NCBI GenBank assembly: GCA_963767005.1
Contig: CAVYCN010000018.1
Location: forward strand, 64,001-128,000
Origin: an uncultured Actinomycetes bacterium
Lineage (GTDB): Bacteria; Actinomycetota; Thermoleophilia; UBA2241
Reading direction: 5' to 3'
DNA length: 64,000 nt
Position numbers and translations under genes: made by a program. A model generated the notes under the pieces. It was not told the origin of the DNA and ran no database searches. It was given only the letters and a program-made list of their open reading frames with translations. This document shows, one piece after another, positions 20,737 to 33,890 of the stretch (position 1 is the first letter of the stretch; every line of letters begins with the position of its first letter).

Positions 20737-21672
20737 TCACCGCAAAAAGAGCGCGGCGACGGCCTTCTCGGTGTGCATGCGGTTCTCACCCTGGTCCCAG
20801 AAGGCGCAGTAGGGGCTCTCGATGACCTCGTCGACCATGTCCTCGCCGCGGTAGCCCGGCAGGCAGTGCATGTAGATCACGTCAGGCTTGGCCATCTCGA
20901 TCACGCGCATGTTGACCTGGTAGGGGGCGAAGTCCTTGAGGCGCTGCTCGCGGTTCTCGGTGGCCATCGAGTGCCAGGTGTTGCCGTAGATCACGTCGGC
21001 CTGGCCGGCGACCTCTTCGAGGTCGGGCGTATAGACGATCTTCGACCCCGAGAGGGCGGCCCACTTCTGGGCGATCGCGAGCTGCTCGGCGTTGGGCTGA
21101 TAGCTCTCGTTGGGCTGGGCGGCGTAGAAGTCCATGCCGAGCATGGCGGAGCCCATCATGAGCGAGTGGCAGACGTTCCAGATGTCGCCCAGGTAGGCGA
21201 CCTTGAGGCCCTTGTAGTGGCCCTTCTTCTCTTTGATCGTCATCAGGTCGCAGAGGCCTTGGCAGGGGTGGGTCTCGTTGGTCAGCGCGTTGATCACCGG
21301 GTTGAGCATGTAGCGGGCGAACTCCTCGACGACCTCCTGGCCGAAGGTGCGGATGAAGAGGCCCTCGCAGTAGCGGTCGATGATGCGCGCCGTGTCTGAG
21401 ATCGGCTCGCCGCGGCTGGTCTGCATCTGGTCGGGGCTCATGTAGAAGGTCTGGCCGCCGAGCTGGGCGATGCCCGCCTGAAAGCTCAGGCGGGTGCGCG
21501 TCGATGCCTTCTCGAAGATCAGGGCGACGGTCTTGCCGCGCAGCGGCTCGAAGAGCTCGCCGATCAGGCGCTTGCGCTTGAGCTCGATCGCCGTGTCGAC
21601 GATGAAGCGCACCTCGTCGGGGGTGAAGTCGGCGAGCTTCAGGAAGTCTCTGCCCTGGAAGTGGTGCTGCAT
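20737..21672 (-). CDS. Ornithine carbamoyltransferase-like transcarbamylase (atypical substrate loop)
   Basis: STRT, HPCQ and HCLP motifs; GNTWHSMA replaces DxxxSMG. Confidence 0.9.
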   Translation of the reverse strand: MQHHFQGRDFLKLADFTPDEVRFIVDTAIELKRKRLIGELFEPLRGKTVALIFEKASTRTRLSFQAGIAQLGGQTFYMSPDQMQTSRGEPISDTARIIDRYCEGLFIRTFGQEVVEEFARYMLNPVINALTNETHPCQGLCDLMTIKEKKGHYKGLKVAYLGDIWNVCHSLMMGSAMLGMDFYAAQPNESYQPNAEQLAIAQKWAALSGSKIVYTPDLEEVAGQADVIYGNTWHSMATENREQRLKDFAPYQVNMRVIEMAKPDVIYMHCLPGYRGEDMVDEVIESPYCAFWDQGENRMHTEKAVAALFLR

Positions 21673-21687
21673 GGTAGGGGGCTCCTC

Positions 21688-22332
21688 TCAGTCCGTCCAG
21701 CCGTAGGCTCTGATCGGCGAGCCGTCGCCGCCGGCCAGGCGCAGCGGCACGAAGGCGCAGTGTGCGGCCCGGCCGGCGGCCAGGCCCGCCAGCTCGGTCA
21801 GATTGGTCAGGTTCTCGACGATCAGCACGTCGGCGCCCAGCAGGATCTCGTGGGCATGGGTCGTGTCCTGCAGCGAGCTGTCGACGTTGAAGGCGTCGGT
21901 GCCGACCAGGCCTACGCCGGCGGCCACGACGGCCCGGCAGGCCCCGGCGCCGAGCCAGGGGTGCTCGAACATGCCGGCGCCGCCCCAGTGACGATCCCAG
22001 CCGGTGGCCAGTAGCAGGGCGCCGCCGGCCGGCAGCCGCGCGAGCGCGGCGGCGAGCGCAGGCTCGCCGATCTCGTCGTCGGCGCCCGCCGTCACGCTCG
22101 CCACCACGGCCGGCAGCACGAAGCGCTCGAGCGGGTACTCGTCGATCGCGGAGCCGCCGCGCACGTAGTGGCCGGCGGCGTCGATGTGGGTGCCGCTGTG
22201 GCTGCCGAGCGCCAGGCGCGAGACACGCCAGGGCTCGCCGACGGCGGCGTCGACGAGCTCGACGACCGGATCGCCGGGGTAGATCGGCATCCCGGTCGCG
22301 AGCTCGTGACTCAGATCGACGAAGTGCGTCAC
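21688..22332 (-). CDS. Cyclase/kynurenine formamidase-family metallohydrolase
   Basis: VDLSH...MPIYPGDP, HSGTHIDA and IVENL motifs; GTG start overlaps the permease stop. Confidence 0.9.
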   Translation of the reverse strand: MTHFVDLSHELATGMPIYPGDPVVELVDAAVGEPWRVSRLALGSHSGTHIDAAGHYVRGGSAIDEYPLERFVLPAVVASVTAGADDEIGEPALAAALARLPAGGALLLATGWDRHWGGAGMFEHPWLGAGACRAVVAAGVGLVGTDAFNVDSSLQDTTHAHEILLGADVLIVENLTNLTELAGLAAGRAAHCAFVPLRLAGGDGSPIRAYGWTD

Positions 22333-23804
22333 GCGTTTGCTCCGGCGCGGTGCAGCTCCCTGTCGCTGGCCTCGATCGCGGCGTACTCGCTCGCCGGGTC
22401 GAAGTTGCGGGTCAGCAGGAAGTAGGCGGCGGCGGTGACGACCACGCCGACCATCCAGGCGATGTCGACGCTGTTCAGGTAGTGACCGGCGATCGGCCCC
22501 GTGAAGTAGCTCTTCAGACTGACCAGGTTGAGCAGCACCATGAAGGGGACCTCGGCCGCGAAGCCGATCGCATAGGCCAGCATGCCGCGCGGCGACCAGA
22601 CACCGTAGATGCCGTGCGGCTTGAAGATGTCGACGATCGAGTAATGGCCGCGACGCACGAAGAAGAAGTCGATCAGGTTGGTCGTGGTCCACGGCACGAG
22701 CAGGTAGAGCATGAGGGTCAGGGCGGTGTCGACGACGCCCACGGCGCTCGTCGAGATCGCCTTCGCGATCACGAACCAGATCACCGTCAGCACGAGGATC
22801 GTGACGATCCGCGCGCGCTTGGTGGGTGTCACCTTGCGGAACGAGTCGACGCCGGCCAGCGTGGTGAGCATGCCGCCGTAGGCGTTCATGCCCATCGTCG
22901 CGGCGAGCGCGCTGGCCGACACGAACGCGGTGAGGCCGCCGAGGTGGCCGATCACATGGTTGCCGGCACTCTGCAGGCCGACGAGGCCGTCGGTCGCGCC
23001 CAGACGGACGGCGAGCCAGGCGCCCAGGGCGATCAGCCAGACCGATGGGATCGCCGCGCCGCTGAACACCCAGGCGATGGTCGAGCCCTTGGCGGTGCGG
23101 CGCGGCAGGTAGCGCGAGTAGTCGGACACATAGCCGGCGTAGGTCAGGTTGTAGGCGGCCGCCGCCGAGAGCTGCGCCATAAAGCCGGTCCAGTTGAAGC
23201 CGTAGGCCGTGTGGCTGGCGACGTGGCCGGCGTGACCGGTGAGGATGCCGATCGAGATGATGCCGACGAGCGGCAGCGAGATGTAGAGCAGCCAGCGGAA
23301 CATGCGGTGCAGCCAGTCGTAGCCGTAGATGGCCAGCAGCGCGGCGCCGGCCGTCGCAACGACGGCGATGACGTTCGCGTTCCAGCCGAAGGTGCCGTGC
23401 AGACCCTGAGCGAGCAGCACCTGGTCGGCCACGTTGAAGGCCATGTACGTGAAGAGCATGGCAAAGAGCGGCACGACCACGCCGCGAAAGCCGAACTGGG
23501 CGCGCGACTGGATCATCTGCGGCAGCCCGAGCACCGGCCCCTGGGTCGCGTGGAAGGCCATGAAGACCGTGCCGGCGACGATGCCGAGCAGGCCGGCCAG
23601 GATGGTCCAGTACAGCGACAGGCCGAAGGCCGGACCGATGAAGCCGATGGGGATCGTGAAGTACTGGAAGTTCCCCAGGAACCACAGCGGCCCCTGATGC
23701 CACACCTTGCCGTGTCGCTCGGAGTCGGGGATCCAGTCGATGGAGCGCACCTCGATCCCGCTGATGCCGCTCGGGGTGCGCGTCGGTGACTCAACCGTGG
23801 CCAT
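22329..23804 (-). CDS. NCS1 (purine-cytosine) family permease
   Basis: EVRSIDWIPDSERHG, GLPQMIQSRAQFG and YVSDYSRYLP motifs; about 12 TM helices. Confidence 0.92.
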   Translation of the reverse strand: MATVESPTRTPSGISGIEVRSIDWIPDSERHGKVWHQGPLWFLGNFQYFTIPIGFIGPAFGLSLYWTILAGLLGIVAGTVFMAFHATQGPVLGLPQMIQSRAQFGFRGVVVPLFAMLFTYMAFNVADQVLLAQGLHGTFGWNANVIAVVATAGAALLAIYGYDWLHRMFRWLLYISLPLVGIISIGILTGHAGHVASHTAYGFNWTGFMAQLSAAAAYNLTYAGYVSDYSRYLPRRTAKGSTIAWVFSGAAIPSVWLIALGAWLAVRLGATDGLVGLQSAGNHVIGHLGGLTAFVSASALAATMGMNAYGGMLTTLAGVDSFRKVTPTKRARIVTILVLTVIWFVIAKAISTSAVGVVDTALTLMLYLLVPWTTTNLIDFFFVRRGHYSIVDIFKPHGIYGVWSPRGMLAYAIGFAAEVPFMVLLNLVSLKSYFTGPIAGHYLNSVDIAWMVGVVVTAAAYFLLTRNFDPASEYAAIEASDRELHRAGANA

Positions 23805-23927
23805 GGCAAGCTCTCCTCTCGCCTGACGTCGTTGGGGCTGGCCGGTGGGCTGCTGCTGATCGTGCACGATCCACGGCGACCGCCACAGGCGTCGCCGGAC
23901 AGAGGGACAAAAGCAGGCGCGGACGGC

Positions 23928-24827
23928 TCACGACCGTCCCGCCTGACGGGGCGCGCCGGCGCGGGCGGCGGCCGGCATGCCGGCCGCCGCCCGCGCCGGC
24001 GCGCTCACCGCGGCGTAGAGCTCGGGGCGCCGGTCGCGCAGCTGCGAGCCGTAGCCCGCGCGCGCCTGCCGGGTGTGTTCCAGGTCGACGGCGCCGGCGA
24101 GCAGAGCGTCCTCGCCGTCGTCGAGCGCGGCGACCTGGTGCCCGAAGCAATCGACGATGCGCGAGTGGCCCGAGAACGACGCCGGCCCGTCGGGTCCGGT
24201 GCGGTTGACCGCGACGTGCGGCACGACGTTGTCGTAGGCGCGGGCCGCGACCGCGAGCTCCCAGTCGGCGACGTAGGGGTCCTCCCAGGCGCCGATCGTG
24301 ACGAGCAGCTCGGCGCCGGCCAGCGCGTGCGTGCGGGCGACCTCGGGAAAGGCCGCGTCCCAGCAGATCATGAGACCGAGCTCGCCGAGCGATGTGGCGA
24401 CGATCGGCAGCTCGTCGCCGTCGGCGAAGTGGCGGAGCTCGGTCTTGAGGCAGTGCGTCTTGCGGTACGAGACCACGGGGCGGCCGTTGCGCTCGAAGAC
24501 GGCGGCCGCGTCGTAGATCAGGCCGGGCGCGCCGCCCGCCTCGGCGTAGCCCGCGATCAGCACCACGTCGAGCTCGGCGGCGAGGGCGGCAAGGGCCCGC
24601 AGGCTGGCGCCGTCGGGCCAGGGTTCGGCCAGCGCGGCGAACCGCTCGCCGGCCGAGTAGCCGGTGACGGCGAGCTCGGGCGCGACCAGCAGCGCGAGCT
24701 CGGGTTGCGCCGCCTTGAGCTCGCGCCCGAGCGCGGCCATACGGGCCACGTTGGCCGCAGGGTCGCCGGTCGTAGGCCGCAGCTGGATGCCGCCGGCGAC
24801 GATCACGGACGCACGCGGGCGGGCCAT
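23928..24827 (-). CDS. Carbon-nitrogen hydrolase (nitrilase superfamily)
   Basis: E-K-C triad: PELAVTGY, YRKTH, ICWD. Confidence 0.92.
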   Translation of the reverse strand: MARPRASVIVAGGIQLRPTTGDPAANVARMAALGRELKAAQPELALLVAPELAVTGYSAGERFAALAEPWPDGASLRALAALAAELDVVLIAGYAEAGGAPGLIYDAAAVFERNGRPVVSYRKTHCLKTELRHFADGDELPIVATSLGELGLMICWDAAFPEVARTHALAGAELLVTIGAWEDPYVADWELAVAARAYDNVVPHVAVNRTGPDGPASFSGHSRIVDCFGHQVAALDDGEDALLAGAVDLEHTRQARAGYGSQLRDRRPELYAAVSAPARAAAGMPAAARAGAPRQAGRS

Positions 24828-24837
24828 CGGGCTCCTC

Positions 24838-25695
24838 TCAGACGTCCCGCAGGAGCGGGAACGTCATGCAGTGCGGTCCGCCGCCGCCCTTCAAGATCTC
24901 GCTGATCTCGGGGGCGATGACCTCGAGGCCGAGGGCGCGCAGCTTCGCGTTGACGTCGCGATTGCCGGCGAAGGTCAGCACGCGGCCGTCGCCGAGCGCC
25001 TGGATGTTGCAGTGGTGGGCGAGCACGCCGGCGCTGCTCACCTCGATCAGCTCGAAGCGGCGCTTGGCCAGGGCGCGCAGGAAGAACTCGGGCATCTGCT
25101 CGACGGCGCACACAGCGACGCCCGGCGCCACGATGTTGAAGGCCATGTCGAGGTGCAGGTTGCGCGAGGGAAGCTGCACGCCGCGCACGGTGTAGCCGAG
25201 CGGCTCGAGGATCTCCTGGGCGTTGCGCAGCCCCTCCCAGTCGGTGCGCGCCACCACGCCGTGGGCCACCGTGGCCTCGTCTATGAGCCAGAAATCGCCG
25301 CCCTCCAAGGAGCCGCGGCAGACCTTGCCGATGATGGGCACGCCGAGCTCTCGCAGCCTGGCCTCGTAGAGCAGCTCCTCGCCCTGGCGCACCGGCTCGC
25401 GGAAGCTGCCGATCAGCGCACCCTCGGCCAGACAGGCGCCGAAGTCGCGCGCGTAGACCATGTAGGGCAGCTCGGGATCGGGCTCAATGAGCTCGACCGC
25501 GACGCCGGCCTCGCGGTAGGCCGCCACGAGCTCTGAGTGCTCGCGGGAAAAGGCCGCAAGGTCGGGCTGCTCGCCGCGGGCCAGCACGCCGCGGGTGATC
25601 TCGTTGATGGGCTGGAAGCTGAAGTGGTCGGGGGGGCACAGCAGGACCTTGCGGAGCCTGCCCGTCGCGTTCGACACAAACAGCTGCTCGGTCAT
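24838..25695 (-). CDS. Amidinotransferase/dimethylarginine dimethylaminohydrolase (pentein) family enzyme
   Basis: VYARD, RQGE, LEGGD, LHLD and GGGPHCMT catalytic motifs; GAGGAG RBS. Confidence 0.9.
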   Translation of the reverse strand: MTEQLFVSNATGRLRKVLLCPPDHFSFQPINEITRGVLARGEQPDLAAFSREHSELVAAYREAGVAVELIEPDPELPYMVYARDFGACLAEGALIGSFREPVRQGEELLYEARLRELGVPIIGKVCRGSLEGGDFWLIDEATVAHGVVARTDWEGLRNAQEILEPLGYTVRGVQLPSRNLHLDMAFNIVAPGVAVCAVEQMPEFFLRALAKRRFELIEVSSAGVLAHHCNIQALGDGRVLTFAGNRDVNAKLRALGLEVIAPEISEILKGGGGPHCMTFPLLRDV

Positions 25696-25842
25696 CTGGG
25701 GCAACTCCTCTCCACCTGACGCTGTCGCGAGCGGAACGTATCCGGCGCGGACGAGAGCGACAAGTGGACCTCTGCACCCGAAATGATGGATGGAAGGTGC
25801 CCTTGTACACCTGGTTTGATGCCGACGGCTGGCGGTGGTCGA

Positions 25843-26493
25843 ATGGGACCCGTGCAACGTCCCGTCATCATGTTCGACAACGACGGCGTGCTGGTCGATT
25901 CGTTCGACGCCTTCCTCGCGGCGTTCGGCGCGGCCTGCCGCCGCCACGGCCACCCCGAGGTCGGCACCCGCGAGCGGTTCCTGGGCCTGTTCGAGGGCAA
26001 CTTCTACGACGCCATGGCGGCGCGCGGCGTAGCCGGCGACGCGCTGCGCGCGATCGTCGCCGACACGACGGCCGCGCTCGACGCCTCACCGGAGCTGCAG
26101 CATCCCTTCCCCGGCGTGCCGGAGCTGCTGGGCGGCCTCGCCGCCCGCTTCGACGTTGTGGTGATCACCTCGAACGCGGCCGCCGTGGTGCGCGACTTCC
26201 TGGAGCGCGAGGGGCTCGCCGGCCTCGTGACCGACGTGCTCGGCGTCGAGACCGATCCGAGCAAGGTGCGCAAGATCGCCACGGTCACCGCGCGCTACCC
26301 CGGCCAGGCGCCGTACTACTACGTGGGCGACACGAGCGGCGACATGATCGAAGGCGCCGCGGCCGGAGTGACCCCGCTCGGCGCCGGCTGGGGCTGGCAC
26401 GGGCCGGCGGCGCTCGCGACGGCCGGCGCAGCCTACGTCGCGTCCACGCCGGCCGACCTGCTCGCGTTCGTGACGGACGGCGCCGGCTCGTAG
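25843..26493 (+). CDS. HAD-family phosphatase
   Basis: FDNDGVLVDS, ITSN and VGDTSGD motifs. Confidence 0.88.
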   Translation: MGPVQRPVIMFDNDGVLVDSFDAFLAAFGAACRRHGHPEVGTRERFLGLFEGNFYDAMAARGVAGDALRAIVADTTAALDASPELQHPFPGVPELLGGLAARFDVVVITSNAAAVVRDFLEREGLAGLVTDVLGVETDPSKVRKIATVTARYPGQAPYYYVGDTSGDMIEGAAAGVTPLGAGWGWHGPAALATAGAAYVASTPADLLAFVTDGAGS

Positions 26494-26508
26494 CGCGGCG
26501 CCGCCGCC

Positions 26509-27228
26509 TCAGAACGAGGCGACGAAGTTCTCGACGAGCCGCCGGCAGAGCTCCCGCGAGCCCTCTACGATCGTCGGCACGCTCTCGACGAGCCCCGCGT
26601 AGAGGGCGGGGTCGCGGCGCGCCACTCCCTTGTTGTCGCGCCGCAGCCAGAACCGCAGGATGCTCTCGTCGACCTCGACGTGGAACTGCAGCCCCCAGGC
26701 GCGACGGCCCACCCGGAACGCCTGCACGCCGGGATCGCCGGCGCGCCGGGCGAGCACCTCGGCGTCGGTCGGCACGGTGAACGACTGGGCGTGCCACTCG
26801 AGGGCGTGGAACGGTGAGGCGAGGCCCCGCAGCAGACCATCGCCGCGCACCACCTCGACCGGCAGCCAACCGACCTCGGGCTCGCCGCGCGCATACACGC
26901 GCCCACCGATCGCGGCGGCGAGCTGCTGCCCGCCCAGGCAGATGCCCAGGAGCGGCATGCCGAGCTCGACGGCCGCGGCAAGCAGACGCCGTTCAGGGTC
27001 GATGAACGGGAACTCGGCCGCCTGGTCGGTGTTCATCGAGCCGCCGAGCACCACGAGCCCGCCCATCCGTCCGAGCTCCTCGACGCGCGGCACCGTGGCC
27101 CCGGCGTGGAGCTGGCGTACGTCGACCGTCAGGCCGGCGTTGACGAGCGCCTCGTAGAGCGTGCCCGCGTGACCGGCAGCCTCGTGCTGCAGGACCACGA
27201 CCGGCTCGTCGGTGGGCGGATGGATCAT
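26509..27228 (-). CDS. Type 1 glutamine amidotransferase-like protein
   Basis: LGICLGGQ and GLQFHVE catalytic triad motifs. Confidence 0.9.
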   Translation of the reverse strand: MIHPPTDEPVVVLQHEAAGHAGTLYEALVNAGLTVDVRQLHAGATVPRVEELGRMGGLVVLGGSMNTDQAAEFPFIDPERRLLAAAVELGMPLLGICLGGQQLAAAIGGRVYARGEPEVGWLPVEVVRGDGLLRGLASPFHALEWHAQSFTVPTDAEVLARRAGDPGVQAFRVGRRAWGLQFHVEVDESILRFWLRRDNKGVARRDPALYAGLVESVPTIVEGSRELCRRLVENFVASF

Positions 27229-27267
27229 GGTCGAAAGCGTACCCTGCCGGGCCCTACGCACGAAACA

Positions 27268-27294
27268 TAAGTTGTGACGGGCGTTTGCCGATAC
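27268..27294 (+). promoter_or_regulatory. Putative sigma-28 (FliA/WhiG-type) promoter
   Basis: TAAG-N15-GCCGATAC versus consensus TAAA-N15-GCCGATAA, upstream of the c-di-GMP enzyme. Confidence 0.55.
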
Positions 27295-27408
27295 ACCACC
27301 CTGCCGGGAGAGAGACGCTCGGCGTCCGCGCGCCGTGGCCCGAGAGGGCTCCTCCGGCGACGGCGGGCGCCCGGTGCTCTCCGGGGTTGGCGGAGAAAAG
27401 GGTCACGT

Positions 27409-31203
<3,795 letters not shown>

Positions 31204-31306
31204 AGCCTCGGCGGGCCGCCGCCTCCGGGTCCCGGCAACGGCGGGCCGACGGCGCCGCAGCGGGCACACTAGCGCCACGGCCACCACGTCCACGAGGGCA
31301 GGGCAG

Positions 31307-32278
31307 ATGACAGACCGAGTCGGGCAGATCCTCTCCTGGTACCGCTCCGAGAATCCAGGGGTCCAGGCCAACCTCTACCGCCTGCTCATGAGCGGCCGCC
31401 TGGCGGGCACCGGCAAGCTCGTCATCCTGCCGGTCGACCAGGGCTTCGAGCACGGTCCGGCGCGCAGCTTCGCGCCCAACCCGGCGGGCTACGACCCGCG
31501 CTACCACTTCCAGCTCGCGATCGACGCCGGCTGCAACGCCTACGCGGCACCGCTCGGCTTCATCGAGGCCGGCGCGGCGGAGTTCGCCGGCCGTATACCG
31601 CTCATCCTCAAGGCCAACAACCACGACCTGCTCTACACGAACGTCGAGGGGCCGCTGCCGGCGGTGACGGCGGGCGTCGAGGACGCCCTGCGCCTGGGCT
31701 GTGTCGCGATCGGCTTCACGATCTACCCGGGCTCGGCCGCCCGCACCGAGATGTACGAGGAGCTACGCGAGCTGGCCCTCGAAGCCAAGGCCGCCGGCCT
31801 GGTCGTCGTCGTCTGGTCGTACCCGCGCGGCGGCGAGCTCACCAAGGAGGCCGAGACGGCGGTCGACGTGTCGGCCTACGCCGCGCAGATCGCCGCCCAG
31901 CTCGGCGCCCACGTCGTCAAGGTCAAGCCGCCGACCTACGGCCCCTGGGACGCCAAGTCGAAGGAGGCGCTCGAGAAGGCCGGAGTGCCGCTCGAGACGC
32001 TGACCGACCGGGCGCGCTTCGTCGTGCAGGGCGCCTTCGCCGGCCGTCGCATCGTGATCTTCTCGGGCGGCGAGGCCAAAGGCACCGCGGCCGTGCTGCA
32101 GGAGAACCGCGATCTGGCCGCGGCCGGCTCGTTCGGCACGATCATGGGACGCAACTCGTTCCAGCGCCCCCACGACGAGGCCGTCAAGCTCCTCCAGGAT
32201 GTCATGGAGATCCACCGCGTGGGCGCCGCGCCCGGCGCCGTGCGCGAGCCGGCGCGCGACGAGGTCACGTCAGCCTGA
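31307..32278 (+). CDS. fbaB: Class I fructose-bisphosphate aldolase (DhnA/FbaB type)
   Basis: ILPVDQGFEHGP, WSYPRG, VVKVKPP and GRNSFQRP motifs. Confidence 0.9.
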   Translation: MTDRVGQILSWYRSENPGVQANLYRLLMSGRLAGTGKLVILPVDQGFEHGPARSFAPNPAGYDPRYHFQLAIDAGCNAYAAPLGFIEAGAAEFAGRIPLILKANNHDLLYTNVEGPLPAVTAGVEDALRLGCVAIGFTIYPGSAARTEMYEELRELALEAKAAGLVVVVWSYPRGGELTKEAETAVDVSAYAAQIAAQLGAHVVKVKPPTYGPWDAKSKEALEKAGVPLETLTDRARFVVQGAFAGRRIVIFSGGEAKGTAAVLQENRDLAAAGSFGTIMGRNSFQRPHDEAVKLLQDVMEIHRVGAAPGAVREPARDEVTSA

Positions 32279-32310
32279 GCGGCGGCGACGTCGCTTGCTG
32301 ACCGCCGCGA

Positions 32311-33714
32311 CTAGCGAATGACCGGACGGCGACCGGCGAGCCCCGCCCGGAATCGCTCGACGGCCGGCAGGTGCAGGTCGAGCAGGTCGGCGATGTGCGC
32401 CTTGGCCTCGAGCGGGCTCGGGTCGTCGTAGTAGCTCGCCTCGGTCTCGAAGATGCGTCCGAGGCGCAGCTCACCGCGCAGCTCGTGCATGGCGGCGTTG
32501 TCGGACAGGTCGCGCGGCGCGACCCCGAGCCGGTCGGCCACGTAGCGTTTGGCCTGCGTGATCCTCATGCCCTTCGCCATCTGCATCCGCGCCACCAGAT
32601 CTCCGGCGGCGCGCAGTCCGTTCATGCCGGAGGCGCACGAGTGGGCGACGTCCATACCGAACGAGTCGCCCGTGCCCACCTACAAGCCGTCCAGGCGGAG
32701 CACGTCGACGCAGGCGCGCGACACCCGCGAGACGGCGTCGACCGGCGCGAAGGCGGTCATCGGCACGCCGCCCACGCCCATGCCGACGTTCATGTGCACG
32801 GGTATCTCGGCGGCGGCCATGCAGGGCTTCACGAAGGTGAGGGCGCGAGCCACGTTCCAGGGCGTCGACCTGCTCGTGTTGGTGTTCACCGCCGGTCCGA
32901 ACACCGTCGCGCCGGCCTGCTGCACCACCGCGAGCTGACCCGCTGGCTTGAGCCCCGCCAGGCGCGTGCCGCGATACTCGAGCCGGCCGTGGGTGCCGAG
33001 CACGATCTCGGCCGCCATGCCGACCATGATGCCCAGGTCGGGGTGCCGCTCCCGCAAGATCTCGACGGTGCGCAGGGTGGCCAGCAGGTCGGCGTCGCCG
33101 GCGGCGCCGGCGGTGTCGAAGTTCACACCGTCGGCGCCGGCGTCCCACATGGCCTCGGCCACGTAGACCATGTCGGCCACGGCAAGCTCGACCGCCTCTT
33201 CCTGGGCGGCGCGCGCCTCGTCGATGCGCACCTCGGGCAGGAGCTGCGCCCAGTTGCCGCAGGGTCCGTCGGGTTCCGAGTACCGGCCCAGGTCGGGCTG
33301 GGCGCCGTAGTGCACCGGCACCGTCAGCCGCTCCTGGGCCTCCTTCATGTACTGCTGCTCGAAGGGGACAACGGGCTTGACCGCCTTGTAGGAGTAGTCG
33401 ATGTGGAACAGCTCGACGCTGTCGTGGGCGAGCACCTGCTCGTAGGCGTACAGGGCGTCGACCCTGCTGCCGAGCTGCGGCGTGCCGGTGCCATCCTTTG
33501 AGAGCACGACCTCGTCGCCCACATCGACCGCCGTGAAGCGCGCCTGCGACGCGAAGATGTCGAGCAGATGGTCGAGCTCACTGTCGTCGAGCGACGCCAG
33601 CTTGCCGCGGGTGGCGGCGGCCTGCGTGCCCGCGTCGAGCTCGACGCGGATGGCGCTCCGGGTCGCCTCGACGAGCGACCCGTCGCCCATCCGCATCGGG
33701 ACCTGCCGTTCCAT
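32311..33714 (-). CDS. mtbB: Dimethylamine:corrinoid methyltransferase family, pyrrolysine (TAG at 32680-32682, codon 345); paralog 1, 467 aa
   Basis: RMGDG, DYSYKAVK and [14 protein letters not shown], then RLDGL*VGTGD...[17 protein letters not shown]; two ORFs abut in frame across a single TAG. Confidence 0.9.
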
Positions 33715-33802
33715 CAACGTCACCTCCGCGGCGCCGTCGCCCCCCTGGCGTCGGTCCCGGGGATGCTATCGCAGTCGCAGGCAAAGCGGCAACGCGCCTT
33801 CA

Positions 33803-33859
33803 GGCAAGAAGCGAGGCGGGGGCGGCGCCTTCGGCGCCGCCCCCGCCTCGCTTCTTGCC
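33803..33859. terminator. 27-bp-stem hairpin downstream of mtbB paralog 2
   Basis: GGCAAGAAGCGAGGCGGGGGCGGCGCC-ttc-GGCGCCGCCCCCGCCTCGCTTCTTGCC. Confidence 0.75.
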
Positions 33860-33890
33860 GTCGCCGGTCTGACCGCCGCGCCGCGGCCTT

